Source: a virus
Taxonomy: Duplodnaviria > Caudoviricetes
Length of the DNA: 64,000 nucleotides
Direction: 5' to 3' (one strand)
Virus record (IMG/VR): IMGVR_UViG_3300031857_000007
Shown: positions 9,194 through 18,616 of the stretch, in pieces
How the letters are laid out: every line of letters starts with the position of its first letter
Position numbering within the stretch: the stretch's first letter is position 1
Notes under the pieces: generated by a model
Database searches by the model: none
What the model saw: only the letters and a program-made list of their open reading frames with translations
Told to the model about the DNA's origin: nothing
Made by a program: the position numbers and the translations under genes

Positions 9194-9374
9194 GGGTCTG
9201 CTCCATTTGTACTCTATCTATGTAATGATAAATCGTGGCATTTGTATATTCAAACTCTTTGAAACGTTGTGGATTTTTCTTCTGCATTGTCATGAGCATA
9301 TTGATCCAATCATAGCGTTTATCAACAACCCAACCATATTTACGTTGATCGTAAACCAAATCAAAGATTGTCAT
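9186..9374 (-). CDS. hypothetical protein
   Basis: ORF in run. Confidence 0.6.
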   Translation of the reverse strand: MTIFDLVYDQRKYGWVVDKRYDWINMLMTMQKKNPQRFKEFEYTNATIYHYIDRVQMEQTHE

Positions 9375-9756
9375 TATCTAATTCCTCATCAAGTTTCAAA
9401 TCTTCAATAAGATCACCTACAAGGTCTTGTACTCTATCAAAAACTTCATTCATAGAATATGTCTTAACCTTACCAGTTTCAACATCATAAGACATTTGAA
9501 GTAAACTTTCCAGGAAATGTTTAGGATAAATCTCATCCTCTAAACTATCCCAGAAGTATAAGATACACTGCTCCAGTGGGTCATCAGATACAAGAAGAGC
9601 ATATTCTTGATAATTATCTCCCATCAAGTCAGCCCAGTTCTTAAAGGAATACCAGCAATTATACCAACCTTGAATAATACAAGAGTGCCAGATATATTCA
9701 AACCAAGACAGTTTGGTTTTCTTTGTATTAGTTCCAAAAAGAGGTCTGCTAAACAT
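9361..9756 (-). CDS. hypothetical protein
   Basis: ORF in run. Confidence 0.65.
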   Translation of the reverse strand: MFSRPLFGTNTKKTKLSWFEYIWHSCIIQGWYNCWYSFKNWADLMGDNYQEYALLVSDDPLEQCILYFWDSLEDEIYPKHFLESLLQMSYDVETGKVKTYSMNEVFDRVQDLVGDLIEDLKLDEELDNDNL

Positions 9757-9774
9757 AGGTAAAATTAATAAAGA

Positions 9775-10089
9775 TCATCCGACAACTCTCCAACACACTG
9801 TAGCGTTTCCTTTACTTGTTGATTGGATATGTGCAAAAGCAGAATAGGAAAGGTCAATGTCTGCGTGGGAATAAGGACCACGATCATTTACCCTAACAAT
9901 AACTTGCTTCATGTTGTCTTGGTTTGTTACCCTGATTTTAGTGCCCATAGGAAGATAAGGGTGAGCTGCAGTCCAACGATAAGCATTAAACCTTTCCCCA
10001 TTAGCGGTGATTTGTCCATGAAATCCGTCACCAACTCCATAGTATGTAGCAATGCCGCAAGTGAGACCAGCAATTAGTGTTTCAATCAT
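9775..10089 (-). CDS. rlpA: RlpA-like double-psi beta-barrel protein (putative lytic transglycosylase)
   Basis: ATYYG..TANGERFN...TAAHPYLPMGTKIRVTN...VRVNDRGPY...IDLSYSAF. Confidence 0.85.
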   Translation of the reverse strand: MIETLIAGLTCGIATYYGVGDGFHGQITANGERFNAYRWTAAHPYLPMGTKIRVTNQDNMKQVIVRVNDRGPYSHADIDLSYSAFAHIQSTSKGNATVCWRVVG

Positions 10090-10094
10090 AAAAA

Positions 10095-10313
10095 TTACAT
10101 TAATTGGTTAGAAATTTGTTCTGGTTGTTCAATGTAAATTTCAATTGTTTTTTCATTCCAATGTCGAATAACACCAGCAACAATGAACATATTTGTGATC
10201 AAATAAGTTGCGAATATGACTGTTCGGATAATCGCAACTTTATCAGCAACACAATCTTTTTTGTGTGCCTTTTCCCCTAGCGCCTTCGCCCATAGTCTCC
10301 ATATTGATTTCAT
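10095..10313 (-). CDS. small membrane protein
   Basis: WRLWAKALGEKA plus hydrophobic helix. Confidence 0.65.
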   Translation of the reverse strand: MKSIWRLWAKALGEKAHKKDCVADKVAIIRTVIFATYLITNMFIVAGVIRHWNEKTIEIYIEQPEQISNQLM

Positions 10314-10512
10314 TATTAATCTTCTTATTATTTGGAATTAAAATCTACTACATTATCATAATTTTCTGGATGAACTAAAACATTAACGTCAAGAGATTTG
10401 TGTTCACCCTTTTTCACCAGGATTGTAATATATTTCGAACAGACAAAATTAACTGTTCCAGATAATCCTTTGTAGTAGACTTTTTCGCCTGGAGTAAACA
10501 TATGACGTTATA

Positions 10513-10677
10513 TTAGTTTACAGAGGCAATAAAAAGATAATCGGTAGGTTCTTCGTCATTTACAACGAATTCCTCAAAGATCGAATGTGCCTCCAAGTAC
10601 ATTTCATTGTCAACAAGATACTGAATTCTATCGCAGTAAAATTCTTCGATTAGATCAATTTGATTTTGCTTAGTCAT
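10513..10677 (-). CDS. hypothetical acidic protein (54 aa)
   Basis: Manually read MTKQNQIDLIEEFY... Confidence 0.55.
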   Translation of the reverse strand: MTKQNQIDLIEEFYCDRIQYLVDNEMYLEAHSIFEEFVVNDEEPTDYLFIASVN

Positions 10678-10951
10678 AAAATGCGAGTTCAAGAGGTGTA
10701 AGGTTGATTTTCATTGCAGACCATGGACGAGTTGAATGAATATCAACTTCTTTTCCAATTGTTGCAGAATTTACTGGCGCAAAATACTTGTCTTTCTTTG
10801 AGTCATAGAATCCCCAAACTGTTGCAACAGGTTTTCCGAGATTGTAGTCAAACTTTTTATGAAAACGTAGCATAATACGAGTAGTATTGCGCTTAAAGTT
10901 TTCAAATTCATAAGTGTAACCTTCTGGTGCCTTGTGTGGGAAATCAATCAT
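10670..10951 (-). CDS. hypothetical protein
   Basis: ORF in run. Confidence 0.7.
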   Translation of the reverse strand: MIDFPHKAPEGYTYEFENFKRNTTRIMLRFHKKFDYNLGKPVATVWGFYDSKKDKYFAPVNSATIGKEVDIHSTRPWSAMKINLTPLELAFYD

Positions 10952-10953
10952 GA

Positions 10954-11193
10954 TCAGGTAGTAAAAGAATCTACAATTCCAGTGTCATATTCAACTTGAG
11001 GATTCAGTTCATATCGAACGGCAAGCTTGACCTCTTCCATAATGTTTGAATCATATTGAGAGTTGTAGTCATCACGCCATTCAAGCAAGATATCATGACA
11101 CTCCTCGTCATTGCCTGCAATTACACTGATTACCCCACCATACTCAGAAGAAGGAAATGGAACCCAGTAACGAACAATGTAAAGATACTTCAT
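10954..11193 (-). CDS. hypothetical protein
   Basis: Start refined to MKYLYIV, downstream of the promoter at 11217-11245. Confidence 0.7.
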   Translation of the reverse strand: MKYLYIVRYWVPFPSSEYGGVISVIAGNDEECHDILLEWRDDYNSQYDSNIMEEVKLAVRYELNPQVEYDTGIVDSFTT

Positions 11194-11216
11194 TTGGTTT
11201 TCTAAATTACTCCTTG

Positions 11217-11245
11217 ATAGTAGCACGCTGTTTTTGCTTTGTCAA
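11217..11245 (-). promoter_or_regulatory. sigma70-like promoter
   Basis: TTGACA-N17-TACTAT with TG extended -10. Confidence 0.7.
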
Positions 11246-11522
11246 TTCCAGTTGACGCTCGAATTCAACCTTAAGAGAAATCAATTTGGAAACTAAGAAA
11301 TGTTCCCACTCATTGCCTTTAACCAAATTTGAAATGTTTTCAATTTGTTGTAGACAAAAAATTAATTTTAACTCTTCACTCATACAAATTCTCGGAAATA
11401 ATAATCAAGGGTTACTTCAAACTTTGACGCTTGAATCTCACATTCACAAAAGAATTCTTCAACTTGTTCTTTTGTCATATTTTGAATGATTTTTTCAAGT
11501 TTTGTGTTGTTTGTGTACATAA

Positions 11523-11759
11523 TTATCGTGCAGTAATGTCAAGAGATTCCATAAGCATTAGAGAAAGATCCATTGCATTATCCTCATCAACTATAGGAAT
11601 GTTTGCCTGGACAAATTCACTTGAAAGTTCTTGTAACAATTCTGTCATGCGCTCATCGGCGTAAGCAAACGTTGCAAAATCACTCTTGAAACCATCACGC
11701 AGTAGACGCAGAGATCTTGTGGTTGTAAGATCTTTGATTTCTTGTTGGTAGTCAGTCAT
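11523..11759 (-). CDS. hypothetical protein
   Basis: Start refined to MTDYQQ. Confidence 0.6.
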   Translation of the reverse strand: MTDYQQEIKDLTTTRSLRLLRDGFKSDFATFAYADERMTELLQELSSEFVQANIPIVDEDNAMDLSLMLMESLDITAR

Positions 11760-11788
11760 TTGAGGAAAGTGTTGGGTTTGAAGATACA

Positions 11789-12232
11789 TCAACGCTGATA
11801 AAGATAACCACCAGACCAGTCAGCATTTTCCAGCAACCATTCACGATCTTTGATCAGTCGTAGGTCATAACGTACACCTTTTGCAGGAGATTTCCAACTG
11901 GCAGACTTATAAACTTCGCCAGTCTTTTTATCAACGAAAGCATGAACCGAACGAGATCCAGCAGCGTTCATAACAATTTTGTGATACTTTCTACCAGTCT
12001 CAGGATAGAAATCATAATCACAAGTGCCTTGCTTCAGTTTAGAAATCTGCTCTTTGTGATAGTTGTGAGTATCAGCATCATCAACAAACTTTTGATGAGT
12101 ACGAATAGAATAGTCGATGTAGTTTTGACGCAGTGCTTCACACAATGCGTAAGTGTGCGCCAGAACAGCAGAAGCAATGTCTTGCCGTGCTTGAGCAGAA
12201 GCAGCGTAGTCAGCGAAGGTCGTGGTGCTCAT
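11789..12232 (-). CDS. conserved cyanophage early-region protein
   Basis: VHAFVDKKTGEVYKSASWKSPAKGVRY motif. Confidence 0.75.
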   Translation of the reverse strand: MSTTTFADYAASAQARQDIASAVLAHTYALCEALRQNYIDYSIRTHQKFVDDADTHNYHKEQISKLKQGTCDYDFYPETGRKYHKIVMNAAGSRSVHAFVDKKTGEVYKSASWKSPAKGVRYDLRLIKDREWLLENADWSGGYLYQR

Positions 12233-12260
12233 CGGGGTTGGTTCCCTTGCGTATGAAAGT

Positions 12261-12318
12261 ATTATAGGGCACCCTAGGGTGCCCAGTAAACTCAGTATGC
12301 CAGTTCTTGATCTGGCAC
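12261..12318 (-). promoter_or_regulatory. early-type promoter with palindromic spacer
   Basis: TTTACT-N18-TATAAT; spacer 12267-12284 is a perfect palindrome; motif at 12297-12318. Confidence 0.75.
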
Positions 12319-12453
12319 CGAAGGATCTACCCAGTAGTCGTCAGATCCCATATATCCCATCCAATCGGAAGGTTCGGATCCATAAATTTCAATCTCACGA
12401 AGTTCTTCGATCAGTTCAGATAGATCCATTGCGAATTCCTCAACTACTTTTTT

Positions 12454-12511
12454 AGTATAGCAAAAAACCCACCGAATTTGATGGGTATTGTACCAGTTAA
12501 TGAACTGTCAC
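12454..12511 (-). promoter_or_regulatory. early-type promoter
   Basis: TGC-TATACT; GTACCAGTT-AATG-AACTGTCAC at 12490-12511. Confidence 0.7.
12461..12487 (-). terminator. possible intrinsic terminator overlapping the promoter
   Basis: ACCCAUC-loop-GGUGGGU followed by a U run. Confidence 0.4.
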
Positions 12512-12666
12512 CTAATTTCTGTTGAAGGTGGTTTTTTAAGATTCTCTACTGCTTTTGTGCGGTAGTAAGAATCATACATTCGCTCGTCACGCTGGATTAG
12601 AAAGACATTCCAACCAAGAATAGCAGAAAAACCAATCAATCCAGCGATCACATACTTACGATTCAT
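12508..12666 (-). CDS. small membrane protein (52 aa)
   Basis: Manually read MNRKYVIAGLIGFSAILGW... Confidence 0.55.
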   Translation of the reverse strand: MNRKYVIAGLIGFSAILGWNVFLIQRDERMYDSYYRTKAVENLKKPPSTEIR

Positions 12667-13067
12667 TTGTTCATTTGAAGTGTAGGGACAGGCATTCCAC
12701 CTTCGGTAGGCACATAGATCGTCACATTACCTTTGTTTGATCCTTCTTCGATGCCAGTAATATACAGATACTGAAGATACTCACGATTGTCTTTCAGCGA
12801 GTTACCGATAATCTCGTTTGCTTTGGCAACACCACCAGCACGGATGATTTCAGCATCAGCAAGTTGTTGAGCACTATCTTTCTTTGCTTGTGCCTCAAGA
12901 ACTGCTACCTGACGAGTGTACTCAGCTTTCTGAAGTTCTGCTTTACCTTGAAGCGATTGTGCCCAGACATTGTAGAGAGGACCAACCACTGCGTTGATAA
13001 TAAACAGAGAAAGAATAAAAGAAACGCCAATGATACTGGCGTTACGCATAGTATTGTCTTGTGTCAT
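12663..13067 (-). CDS. membrane-anchored coiled-coil protein (SPFH-associated-like)
   Basis: TM helix, then AE/AK-rich coiled coil and YLQYLYI motif. Confidence 0.55.
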   Translation of the reverse strand: MTQDNTMRNASIIGVSFILSLFIINAVVGPLYNVWAQSLQGKAELQKAEYTRQVAVLEAQAKKDSAQQLADAEIIRAGGVAKANEIIGNSLKDNREYLQYLYITGIEEGSNKGNVTIYVPTEGGMPVPTLQMNK

Positions 13068-13255
13068 TTAGAAGAACCTCCAATGGGTTTGTAAATAAGA
13101 TTAGCAAGAAAGATAATAGCAAAGTTCTGCCAGAAGGACAGGGATACACCAAACCAAGACAGAATCAGTCCAAGTAACCACGCCTCAAAAAGAAGTCCAG
13201 CAGTTGCAAGAACAATTACAACAAAGAGAGCAAGAGCAGTAGCAGAAGTTTTCAT
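13064..13255 (-). CDS. small hydrophobic membrane protein
   Basis: Two TM-like segments. Confidence 0.6.
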   Translation of the reverse strand: MKTSATALALFVVIVLATAGLLFEAWLLGLILSWFGVSLSFWQNFAIIFLANLIYKPIGGSSK

Positions 13256-13258
13256 AGA

Positions 13259-13645
13259 TCAAGCAGCAAGAGCACCAGAGGGAATTTCAACGACTTCAGG
13301 CAGTTTGGAATCGTCAAACTGATTCATATTATAGCACACCCATTCACCATTACGGAAGACATAGGCGTACTCTTCGCTATTATCGGGGAGCAGATACTCA
13401 CACAAGTCAGCATCAAGGCGAGGCGGACAAACTTCTCCCCGAGCAGAATAATATGCTGGTTTTTTATCTTCATCCCAACAAGTGGACATATCGCCACCAT
13501 CAATCAATTCAGCAACTTTATCTTTAGTATTATAATGAGTCTTCAGAATACGACCCAACCATTCGGGATAACCGTCCCAGTGGTGATACACAGAGAGTAC
13601 AGATTCATCAGAGAGTTCAATGCCAATGCGAGAACGAGTTGCCAT
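13259..13645 (-). CDS. conserved phage hypothetical protein
   Basis: MATRSRIG...YHHWDGYP motif. Confidence 0.75.
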   Translation of the reverse strand: MATRSRIGIELSDESVLSVYHHWDGYPEWLGRILKTHYNTKDKVAELIDGGDMSTCWDEDKKPAYYSARGEVCPPRLDADLCEYLLPDNSEEYAYVFRNGEWVCYNMNQFDDSKLPEVVEIPSGALAA

Positions 13646-13742
13646 TAGTCTTTAGGTAAGCAATCAAAAAAGTCAGAAAAGAGACAAAAACATGCCCACC
13701 CAATACCACCAGAGATAATAAGAATGGGCAGTATAATTTCCA

Positions 13743-14009
13743 TTAGCAAGCACCCCACATAGGATTAGCGAGTTGGGGAATGGTATTAAAACCAGTCACT
13801 TCATAACCCATACCAACACGCTCCTCACACTCACGCTCGAACTCACGCTTGCTGATAACCTTCTTGCTCATGGTATCAACACCCTTGAAAGAAACAACCT
13901 TGAGCATGTAGTTGGGAGAAACATCTGCATTAAGTGAAACTTTGACGGGATAATAATCAACAACCATAGAAGGTTTGCCGTCAATCTTGGAGAGAGCAGA
14001 GAGTTGCAT
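13743..14009 (-). CDS. hypothetical protein
   Basis: First ORF after the promoter-like element at 14035-14092. Confidence 0.65.
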   Translation of the reverse strand: MQLSALSKIDGKPSMVVDYYPVKVSLNADVSPNYMLKVVSFKGVDTMSKKVISKREFERECEERVGMGYEVTGFNTIPQLANPMWGAC

Positions 14010-14034
14010 GGGGCGTTCCCTTGACTACCTTTGT

Positions 14035-14092
14035 AGTATATGGCATCTGGCAGGGTCTGTGGGAGATCAGTGGACAGTCTGAGAATTGGATT
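14035..14092 (-). promoter_or_regulatory. early-type promoter, degenerate motif
   Basis: TATACT 14035-14040; TGGACAGTC about 31 nt away. Confidence 0.5.
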
Positions 14093-14187
14093 TTTGATCG
14101 GTCTGCTGGACCCCCACCAAATTCTCAAATAAGACTTGGTGAGAACCCAGTCCACCACTGAAGCAAAAACCTGATTTTTTTGCAATT

Positions 14188-14376
14188 TCACCCAATAGGA
14201 CCACTAGCACCTGCGCTGCTGGCCCGTTGCGCTTTTTTATGTTGTTGTATGAAACTACGAGCAGAATTCTCTGTGCGACATACTTTAAGTTGTTCTCCTC
14301 TATAAATGACCATAAGCTGCTTACCAAAAGGTATAGCAGCATAGTCACCCTTTCCTATAATAAATCCTTCCTTCAT
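14188..14376 (-). CDS. hypothetical protein
   Basis: ORF coupled to the helicase. Confidence 0.6.
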   Translation of the reverse strand: MKEGFIIGKGDYAAIPFGKQLMVIYRGEQLKVCRTENSARSFIQQHKKAQRASSAGASGPIG

Positions 14377-15605
14377 CGCTTTACCACAGAAACTGCTGCT
14401 TCTCCTTGCTGGAAGATAATATCCACTACAGATTGTACTTTCTTTGCAGTACTGATTCCAACATTGTTGAACACAGGTACGCAGACAAGACCAAAAGATT
14501 TGGTGTATTGATCCAAGTTGCCAGGTTGAATAGCACCCTCACGAAGACCTTTGGCGTCGTCATGATGCATTCGAATCACGCGACCAATGGTTTGAGAAAT
14601 ACCAATATAATCCATGGAACGCATAAAGATCACAGACTCAAGACCAGAGACATTGATACCCTCAGAGAGAATGCTGTGATGAAGAACAACAAACTTCTTA
14701 TCGTTGTCCTTACCCCACGCAGAAAGAGTGTCAAAGAATACCTCACGGTTTACTTTTTTGCCGTCAATAACGCCACCAGTCTTGGCACTGATATACATGT
14801 AAGAATAACCCCGATCCTCAAGTTGTTGGCAAAAATCAGACTCAGAAATCAGACTGACAATTTGCTTGACTGCCTTAGCACAAATCAGAATCTTACTGGA
14901 CTTATGTTCGTTAATAGTTTCAATCAGATTCTCACAATCGCGTTCTGCAATTTGCTGTCCTTTAGTAAGCATAGGAAGTTGCTTCACATGAACTTTAGGG
15001 GGAACAATAAAACCACCACGAACAAGTTCGGGAGCAGGAACATTGCAAATAACGTTGCCATAAACAGCAGCGTCATTCATACCAGGTTTGGAAATAGTAG
15101 CAGAATGCTTAGGAGTAGCAGTGAAGAAATAGCAGCGGTCAGCAGTAGAAGAAAAATGCTCTGTGGCAGGGAAGAAATGGCGCTGAACAGAGTTGTGTGC
15201 TTCATCGAAGTAAATGGTATCAACGTGAATATCTGCCTGCTGTAGGCGCTGCAGGGAGTTGTAGGTGGTGAAGATCAGTTTATTACCACGAGTCTGATCT
15301 ACCCAGTTGCGGATCTCACTGGGGCGAGTAGTGCTCTGGTGATGCGTCTCACCACTATGAACATGCAACACAGAAGCATTAGTGATAAACTCAAGAAACT
15401 CACTAGAAAGTTGCTCAGCAAGGAGAATGCGAGGAGCAACAACCACAATCGTTTGAGAAGTCTCTTTCAGAAACTCACGCATTACATCAAAGATAGCAAC
15501 GTTGGTCTTACCGCCGCCAGTAGGAATGATAATTTGACCCTTCAGATACTTAGCAAGAGCATCCAGAGCACGTTGTTGGTGAGGACGCAGTTGAAACATG
15601 ATCAA
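14373..15605 (-). CDS. SF2 (DEAD/DEAH-like) helicase
   Basis: LRPHQ Q-motif, PTGGGKT, DEAH, TATP, LSEGIN, QTIGRVIR. Confidence 0.9.
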   Translation of the reverse strand: MIMFQLRPHQQRALDALAKYLKGQIIIPTGGGKTNVAIFDVMREFLKETSQTIVVVAPRILLAEQLSSEFLEFITNASVLHVHSGETHHQSTTRPSEIRNWVDQTRGNKLIFTTYNSLQRLQQADIHVDTIYFDEAHNSVQRHFFPATEHFSSTADRCYFFTATPKHSATISKPGMNDAAVYGNVICNVPAPELVRGGFIVPPKVHVKQLPMLTKGQQIAERDCENLIETINEHKSSKILICAKAVKQIVSLISESDFCQQLEDRGYSYMYISAKTGGVIDGKKVNREVFFDTLSAWGKDNDKKFVVLHHSILSEGINVSGLESVIFMRSMDYIGISQTIGRVIRMHHDDAKGLREGAIQPGNLDQYTKSFGLVCVPVFNNVGISTAKKVQSVVDIIFQQGEAAVSVVKR

Positions 15606-15621
15606 TCAATTCAATAAACAT

Positions 15622-15680
15622 AATATAACACCCCCTGCGCGGTTACGCAAGAGGTGCTGTGACAGTTTTTAAAGTGGTTT
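15622..15680 (-). promoter_or_regulatory. early-type promoter upstream of the helicase
   Basis: TTGCGT-N17-TATATT; GTGACAGTT-N4-AAGTGG at 15659. Confidence 0.7.
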
Positions 15681-15844
15681 CACCCACCTTTTTCTCGCAA
15701 ACTTCTTACCAAATACTCAGTGAACTCTTCCATTTTTTGTGGAACAACTGACTGAGGATGTTCATTGATTGCATTTTTAAGTGCTGTCATTTCTTTCCAC
15801 TCAGCATCAGTCAGTTTTTTTTGATTTCGTGCCGAATGTGTCAT
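15680..15844 (-). CDS. hypothetical protein (54 aa)
   Basis: Manually read MTHSARNQKKLTDAEWKE... Confidence 0.55.
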   Translation of the reverse strand: MTHSARNQKKLTDAEWKEMTALKNAINEHPQSVVPQKMEEFTEYLVRSLREKGG

Positions 15845-15934
15845 CGGTTTGCTCCCGCATATGAGCGTATCCTAACATTATTTAAGGTAAATGTGAGGTT
15901 TCTTAAGATTGTATTTATAGTGTTGTTACATAAC

Positions 15935-16165
15935 TTAACCGAAGAAAGTTCCAAAAGAACCACGATCCTCGCCGTCTCCCTTCAATCTTTCTTCAAGTTT
16001 ATCAAAAAGTTGATCTGTTTTAATAAGGGTATCGATACGACATACCATTTCAGATATTTCGCGAGCAACAAATGGTTTTTCCTGCCTTGCTGCATATGCA
16101 AGTGCGTTACGCAAACTTGCTTCTGCCTCTTTTAGACTTTCTTCAACCGATTCACTTAGAGCCAT
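15935..16165 (-). CDS. hypothetical protein
   Basis: MALSESVEESLKEAEASLRNALAYAAR, helical. Confidence 0.7.
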   Translation of the reverse strand: MALSESVEESLKEAEASLRNALAYAARQEKPFVAREISEMVCRIDTLIKTDQLFDKLEERLKGDGEDRGSFGTFFG

Positions 16166-16317
16166 TTAATCTATCCTCACATTTAATATAAAAAGTTCCA
16201 TTAACATAGCAAGACTTACCAGGTTCATAGTATTTTACCACTGGAGGGTTTGGATGGTCAACAACACAAACAACTCCAGTGCTGTATATCAAACCATTTA
16301 AACATGCATTAATGAAA

Positions 16318-16866
16318 TTAACCATTTACTTTTTTAAGTAAATAAGATCCATTACCCTGATCTACCCATTCCACCATGTCATTTTCTTTTATATTTGCTG
16401 CTTCCATTAAATCATCAGGAAACTGAATATAATACTCACCACTTGCACCATCAATTTCAATAGGAAGTTGCCACTTAACTACTTTATCTTCTTTTTTATT
16501 TGCAATAAGATATTCTAGGTCACTATGTCCCCAAGGACGCATACCATCATCTTTTACTTCTTCTGGATAATAATTTTCTTCCCAGAAATCATTCCACGCT
16601 TTTTGACATTCGGGAGACTTATCATCTTTATCACAAGTCAATTTGTCATATGCTTCAATGTGTCCTTTGCCATTACCATTTAGAAGGGCAAGAAGTTCAT
16701 AGCATCTTTCGGTATGATTTTTATAACTATGGTAGTTCTCACTAACCACATTTTTAATTACATCATAAATCTCTTGCGGCGATGCTTCACTACTATTGAT
16801 TGCGTCTTCAATCCACTTTTCAAGATTTTCAAGTGAATACTTCTTATAATCAAAGTTCATAATCAA
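16318..16866 (-). CDS. hypothetical protein with C-terminal AbrB/SpoVT-like domain
   Basis: YYIQFPDDLMEAANIKENDMVEWVDQGNGSYLLKKV. Confidence 0.55.
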   Translation of the reverse strand: MIMNFDYKKYSLENLEKWIEDAINSSEASPQEIYDVIKNVVSENYHSYKNHTERCYELLALLNGNGKGHIEAYDKLTCDKDDKSPECQKAWNDFWEENYYPEEVKDDGMRPWGHSDLEYLIANKKEDKVVKWQLPIEIDGASGEYYIQFPDDLMEAANIKENDMVEWVDQGNGSYLLKKVNG

Positions 16867-17072
16867 TCATCTCTTGGTTTAGGTTTAGAGCAATCGTGAC
16901 AATAGTAAGAGAAACCATCTCGAAAGTATTTTACCACCTGATAATGGTCTACGTCAAGCGGTTTCTCGACACCACACTTATCACAAATCCGCGTCTTTTT
17001 TGTATTGTTTGCGGATTCGCTTGAGTTCTTTAAGTTCAGCCTTAATATTTTTGTAAGCAGAGTCAGCATCAA
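16863..17072 (-). CDS. small Zn-finger-like protein
   Basis: CDKC...YYCHDC. Confidence 0.55.
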   Translation of the reverse strand: MMLTLLTKILRLNLKNSSESANNTKKTRICDKCGVEKPLDVDHYQVVKYFRDGFSYYCHDCSKPKPRDD

Positions 17073-17152
17073 GTTTTCCTCCCATTTCTAGTGCTATAAT
17101 AATATCTACTCTTGTACCAAAGTGCGCTAATGCTCGTTCAAAAGAATCAAGT

Positions 17153-17374
17153 TCATACATTTTTCTCTTTCCACTTTTCTAGAGTAAGAATATCTATACG
17201 AGCATCAACTGCTTCAATAGAATTCATAAGTTCATAAAGAGTATTTGTGGTTTCAATATTTTCTGCCTCCAATATTTCCACTCTTTCTTGCAAATCAAGA
17301 AGAATTGAGTATATATTAGTTTCTTCGCACATTTCTTTGTCGGTGGGAGAAAACAACCAGCGTAAAAAATTCAT
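17153..17374 (-). CDS. hypothetical coiled-coil protein
   Basis: ORF with heptad pattern. Confidence 0.65.
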   Translation of the reverse strand: MNFLRWLFSPTDKEMCEETNIYSILLDLQERVEILEAENIETTNTLYELMNSIEAVDARIDILTLEKWKEKNV

Positions 17375-17531
17375 TCCTCTATAACAGACTTATAGTATCT
17401 ATTATACGCAAGAAATCTATTCATGCTAGGTTTTATGTTCAAACTCTGACAACATTCTAGATATGAAATCCACTCATACCATGGAGTTGTTGGATCTAAT
17501 ACATGATAGACTTTATCGTTGTCCATAAGTT

Positions 17532-18044
17532 TTATACCCAATCAGGTTTTCGTTCTGGCATACGAAGATAATTAGATGCAACCCAAGGTTTGGACGCAAT
17601 ATACATCTTGTAAGCAGTAAAAGTGTCAATGCTTGTGTCAAATTTAAATTCATCTGGCATAGCACGGGCAAATGGTGTTACTTCTGTAATTTTACCTTTC
17701 GGAAACAAATAGAAAGCGTCTACAAGAGTTTTATAGCAGGAATGAACTTTGTTATAACGCAAAGTATATTCATCGCACAAATTCAATCCATGCTTAATCA
17801 ACCAATATGCATTATGAATATTTTCTAATGCCCATTTAGTGCAGGGATGATTGCGGAAAGCTCCCTTATCAGTTTTGTATGGCGTACTATCAGTTTTATA
17901 TAGAAAACCATAACCATGACCCCACTTTTTAGACGCAACAATAGAAAGCATTTGGCAACACTCTAAAGGCATTTTAACAACATGTTTATCAGGAAGACAA
18001 ATAGCACTTTCTGCAGGCCAAGGTGAAGTTACAAAAATATTCAT
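17532..18044 (-). CDS. pyrimidine-dimer DNA glycosylase (DenV)-related protein
   Basis: MNIF...DKHVVKMPLECCQMLS...HPCTKW...ELCDEYTLRY-like pattern. Confidence 0.65.
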   Translation of the reverse strand: MNIFVTSPWPAESAICLPDKHVVKMPLECCQMLSIVASKKWGHGYGFLYKTDSTPYKTDKGAFRNHPCTKWALENIHNAYWLIKHGLNLCDEYTLRYNKVHSCYKTLVDAFYLFPKGKITEVTPFARAMPDEFKFDTSIDTFTAYKMYIASKPWVASNYLRMPERKPDWV

Positions 18045-18191
18045 AGAAGTTCTTTCCAGAATTTATCTCCTTTTTGGAGAGCTAATGCGACTGTAGTATG
18101 TTCTCTTGCTTGTCTATCTAGATCTTTTTCTTTGAAATACAGATCAGACCTCTTTTGGGCACAATAAAAAATATTAGCCCACATTTGTTGG

Positions 18192-18386
18192 TTAGGTGTC
18201 ATTCTGAGTTTCATTTACCAAATCAGGGTGTGGTGCATAAAGAGGACCTGGATAATTACCAGCAAATTTTACTTCATTTACATTTTTTACACTTTGGTGA
18301 AGTTGTTTAAGTGCTTCAACAGTTTCTGGGGTTTCTTCCCAAGTCCATTGATTTTGGTTTTTGTCGGTAAAAGTTCGTGTCGTCAT
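18192..18386 (-). CDS. hypothetical protein
   Basis: ORF in run. Confidence 0.6.
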   Translation of the reverse strand: MTTRTFTDKNQNQWTWEETPETVEALKQLHQSVKNVNEVKFAGNYPGPLYAPHPDLVNETQNDT

Positions 18387-18616
18387 AGTTTTCCTCCTAC
18401 AGTTCCTTCATAAGTGATTATATCAGCACCCCACCCTTCTTGCAACCCCTTAAGGTAGTATCTAGTGCTTCTTACACACTCTTCTTCGGTCAATGAAGTA
18501 ATAATGCATTTACCGTTTTTATCATAGGAATCCCAAGTTCCCCACTTTTTTTGTTCCACGTAGAAACAATCATCATACAGTTTTTTAGTTTCAGTCTCGG
18601 AATTTTTTTGATGCAT
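18383..18616 (-). CDS. hypothetical protein
   Basis: ORF in run. Confidence 0.6.
   Translation of the reverse strand: MHQKNSETETKKLYDDCFYVEQKKWGTWDSYDKNGKCIITSLTEEECVRSTRYYLKGLQEGWGADIITYEGTVGGKL

Noticed and set aside
14406-15245. 279-aa plus-strand ORF
   Set aside because: Antisense shadow of the helicase gene, with no recognisable motifs
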